The position numbers and the translations under genes were made by a program. 64,000 nucleotides of DNA. Source: a bacterium. GTDB lineage: Bacteria; Patescibacteriota; Patescibacteriia; JAACEG01. Position 1 is the first letter of the stretch. Every line of letters begins with the position of its first letter. The stretch is taken from assembly GCA_030641665.1 (NCBI GenBank), contig DAOWHA010000050.1, positions 2,632 to 66,631 on the forward strand, written 5' to 3'. Under the pieces are notes generated by a model. The model was not told where the DNA came from. It ran no database searches and saw only the letters and a list, made by a program, of their open reading frames with translations. Positions 60,901-64,000 of this stretch are shown here, piece by piece.

Positions 60901-62103
60901 TTAATCTTTTTTGTATTTTTTAATCAAATAATCGCGATTATCCCAAAAAAGTTTTGCTTGATTAACAATCTTTTTTTCGCAAATTTCAGACGATTTGTCT
61001 AATGTTGCTTTAAAAAAACTGATAAAACGACCAAAATACAGCGGTTTTAACGCTTCTACAATGTTATCCCCTAAATCTGTCTTATCATAAGCATAAATAG
61101 CGTCATATAAAATCTTGCACCACAATTCATCACTGATATTTATATCTTTTTTATTATACATTTTTTTAACTTTTTTAAAAACATCTTTGCTTAACACGGC
61201 GGCTAAAATATCCTCGCTTTCCTGAAAATTTAAAAGCGCCGTTTTTTTAATATTTTTATAATCAACATTTAATGTCTGCGGGGGCATCATAATATCACTG
61301 CCAAAATATGGAATATTCTTTTTGCTGCTGGCATTAAGCCATATTTTTCTATTTTCTTTTATAATTTCAAAAAGAGTGATTACGACTTGCGAAAACATAG
61401 AACTTAATTTCGGCGCGCTAGGCTTATGAATCTTGGCTCCCAATCCTGCTTGCGCGATTTTAAATCCTCCTAAAATCGCGTTCATTGTCATAAAAATATC
61501 AATCCCGTATTGATAGACAGTTTTATGCCATCGCTGTTTAAGCCAATATTCTAATAACTTAGACGAGAAAGAAAAATCTCCGCCGATCGGCTGCCTGATA
61601 TTATATCCAAATAATCCATAGATTAAAGGGTAGCAAATATTATTAGTGATTGTTCCGTCATATTCGCATCTTGAATAAAAAGGCGTTGCGTAATCAATGC
61701 CTTGCAATATTGGCGTTATCAGCCATTTAATCCATTCGGGTGATATGCTTTTTAAATCAGCGTCAACGACGACTATCGCCTGCGTTTTTAAATTTTTCGC
61801 GAATTTAAACAGATTATAAAAACCGTTGCCCTTGCCGGGCAGATTCGGCGGAGTGGAAATATATATTTTAGCGGTTTTCGTCTTGGCGCTTAAAAAAGCG
61901 CCTTTTGTGTTGTCCGGAGAGTTATGATCAACATTAATAATAACAGCTTTATATTGCTTGAAATATTTAGTTAGTCCTTTATCAATCTGTTCCGCGACAA
62001 AAAAAATATTGTCCGCTTCATTATACGACGGAATGCCAACAACTAAATCCGCCTGTTTTACTTTGCTTTTATTTATTATAATGTTTTCGCTTGTATTTAA
62101 CAT
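60901..62103 (-). CDS. GT-A fold glycosyltransferase (glucosyl-/mannosylglycerate synthase-like)
   Basis: VGIPSYNEADNI, GKG, VDADL, RQPIGGDF, YGIDI. Confidence 0.8.
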   Translation of the reverse strand: MLNTSENIIINKSKVKQADLVVGIPSYNEADNIFFVAEQIDKGLTKYFKQYKAVIINVDHNSPDNTKGAFLSAKTKTAKIYISTPPNLPGKGNGFYNLFKFAKNLKTQAIVVVDADLKSISPEWIKWLITPILQGIDYATPFYSRCEYDGTITNNICYPLIYGLFGYNIRQPIGGDFSFSSKLLEYWLKQRWHKTVYQYGIDIFMTMNAILGGFKIAQAGLGAKIHKPSAPKLSSMFSQVVITLFEIIKENRKIWLNASSKKNIPYFGSDIMMPPQTLNVDYKNIKKTALLNFQESEDILAAVLSKDVFKKVKKMYNKKDINISDELWCKILYDAIYAYDKTDLGDNIVEALKPLYFGRFISFFKATLDKSSEICEKKIVNQAKLFWDNRDYLIKKYKKD

Positions 62104-62164
62104 ATTTTCTGTAAATTACTAAAATATATAAATTACACTGTCCTTTTGAATAGTTTTCTCTTGT

Positions 62165-62323
62165 TGTCTTTGCAAGGAGCCGAACGAACGCAGTGAGAAA
62201 GAGCGACGAAGCAATCTCGTTACTGAGCGAACAAATCTATGATTATAAATCTTTTTGCGTAAGTAATGAGATTGCTTCGTCATTTCGTTCCGCTATCGCT
62301 CCGCTTCATTCCTCGCAAAGACA
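62165..62323. repeat. Palindromic element copy L (supplies the riboflavin kinase stop codon)
   Basis: Same outer and inner IRs; overlaps the last codons CLCEE*. Confidence 0.93.
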
Positions 62324-62683
62324 ATCGACATCTTGTTTAATTTGGCTTTGAAGATCTTTAATATTAGTAAATTTTTTTATATTTCTTATTCTTTTAATAA
62401 TTGCTATTTTAATCGGCTTATTACTGATATCGAAAATAAAGTTTTTTAGAAGAAGTTCTAAAGAAATATTGTTAGCAAAGGTTTTTTTTGGTCCGAAATG
62501 CAGCAGCCCTTTATATATTTTATTATCAATATCGGCTTCAACTAAATACACTCCATAATTAATTTTTAAACTGATTTTGTCTAAATTTATAGTTGGAAAT
62601 CCGATTTTTTTTCCTATTCCTTCGCCTTTAACTGCTTTTGTGTTAAAAGAAAAATAATTTTCAGTAAAATTTTTTCTTGCCAT
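62306..62683 (-). CDS. Monofunctional riboflavin kinase
   Basis: GEGIGKKIGFPTINL, GVY, GPKKTF, IRNIKKF..L..QI..D; no FAD-synthetase domain. Confidence 0.85.
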   Translation of the reverse strand: MARKNFTENYFSFNTKAVKGEGIGKKIGFPTINLDKISLKINYGVYLVEADIDNKIYKGLLHFGPKKTFANNISLELLLKNFIFDISNKPIKIAIIKRIRNIKKFTNIKDLQSQIKQDVDCLCEE

Positions 62684-62843
62684 AAAATAAAAGGACTGTT
62701 TGCCGCGCAAATCTCAAGGGCTTGATTTTTTATATTTTTTTTGTAGAATAATTAATAACGATAAAATATTCAAAGAATTGAAAAAATGGTAAATTAAATT
62801 TAAATAGTCCGAAATCTGATATCTGAAATCTGATATCCGATAT

Positions 62844-62917
<74 letters not shown>

Positions 62918-63026
62918 CAATTTCAGATATCTGATATCGGAATTCAGATGTCGGATTATATTTAAATAATCCGAAATTCGATTTTTGAATTACTGATATT
63001 AAAAAATTAATCTTTATAGCAACTTT

Positions 63027-63287
63027 ATGACAATCACTGGGAGGATTATTTTCGGTTTAATCGGCATCGCTGTCGGTTATCTTTTTGTTCGATATTCTGA
63101 ATGGTTTTTTAGAACCATCGGATCTATCGGCTGGGCTGAAAAATGGCTTCATGGCGAAGGCGGAACGCGCCTTGTCTTAAAACTATTTGGAATTTTAATT
63201 ATCTTTTTGTCTTGTTTGATGATAACCGGACTCTTGGGCGGTTTTATGAGATGGCTGCTGTCGCCCCTAATAAACCTTTATCAGTAA
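63027..63287 (+). CDS. Small hypothetical membrane protein
   Basis: Two TM segments around the IGWAEKWL..GGTR motif. Confidence 0.7.
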   Translation: MTITGRIIFGLIGIAVGYLFVRYSEWFFRTIGSIGWAEKWLHGEGGTRLVLKLFGILIIFLSCLMITGLLGGFMRWLLSPLINLYQ

Positions 63288-63296
63288 AAATAATTG

Positions 63297-63370
63297 TGGG
63301 CGTATCCCGATTCGAACGGGAGGCCTCCACGATGTCACCGTGGCGCTCTAACCAACTGAGCTATACGCCC
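63297..63370 (-). tRNA. tRNA-Val(GAC)
   Basis: CCACG GT-GAC-AT CGTGG anticodon arm; GGGCGTA/TACGCCC acceptor. Confidence 0.94.
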
Positions 63371-63435
63371 TTTCGGATTTCGGAATTCAGATGTCGGATA
63401 TCGGATTATATTTAAATAGTCTGACATCCGAAATG

Positions 63436-63508
63436 TGGGCATGGGAGGAATTGAACCTCCGACATCCACGTTATAAGCGTGGCGCTCTAACCGCTGAGCT
63501 ACATGCCC
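63436..63508 (-). tRNA. tRNA-Ile(TAT)
   Basis: CCACG CT-TAT-AA CGTGG anticodon arm; GGGCATG/CATGCCC acceptor; A discriminator. Confidence 0.92.
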
Positions 63509-63603
63509 GTAGCAGATATCGGACTTCGGAAATCGGATATCGGACTATTTAAATTTAAAATTTAATTCTAACTCAAATTCATTATAGCACAATAAAAACT
63601 GCT

Positions 63604-64000
63604 TTAAAAACACTGCTTTAATTTTTCAATAACCGCTTTTTCTGTTTCAATTAAACTTTTATCAGGAGACGATAAAGTTAAAAAACTGTTATTGCCGCGA
63701 TAATCAAATTGGGATACGGCAGGCATAATGTCAATTTGGCTTCTGTTCTTTAAAATAACCTTTACTTCGCCATCTCTATTTTTATAAAAAAGAGCGGCAG
63801 CATTAAGTTTTGGAATATTCATAATCAACTCATCAATAATCAATTCCAAATGACTTTCGTCAGTGCCTGTTTTTATAAAATCTTCCGGCGTAATCAGCGA
63901 CCATGCAATGCCTTTGCTGGCGTCATCTTTGATGCGCGCCAGCACTCTTCCCCATAACTTCAAAAGATTAACCGAATATATTTGGCATAAATTTTTAACG
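63604..64000 (-). CDS. C-terminal part of a probable DHH-family phosphoesterase (runs off window end)
   Basis: LKLWGRVLARI..IAWSLIT..DF..TG segment resembling NrnA-like proteins; catalytic motifs not in window. Confidence 0.55.
   Translation of the reverse strand, partial: VKNLCQIYSVNLLKLWGRVLARIKDDASKGIAWSLITPEDFIKTGTDESHLELIIDELIMNIPKLNAAALFYKNRDGEVKVILKNRSQIDIMPAVSQFDYRGNNSFLTLSSPDKSLIETEKAVIEKLKQCF

Overview
AT-rich chromosomal segment using the standard genetic code, most consistent with a Patescibacteria/CPR (Parcubacteria/ABY1-like) bacterium. That placement is inferred from VirB2-like pilin-fused giant proteins, core genes lacking Shine-Dalgarno sites, and tRNA-Arg(GCG)/Ile(TAT). Housekeeping genes include argS, PMM/PGM, class I aldolase, pilB/pilC, recO-miaB-miaA, dprA, a complete F1Fo ATP synthase operon, recG, radA, ddl, galT, a riboflavin kinase and six intact tRNAs. 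Accessory genes are a NYN nuclease cassette, a tRNA-Ser-anchored islet with a VRR-NUC gene, an rloA/rloB pair and three Cys-rich surface proteins (556, 2096 and 2879 aa). The most striking signal is a set of small palindromic elements. (1) About 14 copies of a ~140-190 bp TGTCTTTGCGAG...CTCGCAAAGACA element occur; one locus carries a GIY-YIG nuclease pseudogene, and other copies retain that gene's first codons. (2) A 40-bp double-hairpin element with compensatory base changes is inserted at the same T-loop CG in three broken tRNA-Ser copies around a second GIY-YIG gene. (3) Heptamer arrays flank tRNAs and sit in frame in atpA, miaB and recG. (4) The NYN cassette is bounded by a duplicated atpD 3' end and has a convergent candidate antisense RNA. 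All calls come from reading the sequence; no searches were run and coordinates may be off by a few bases.
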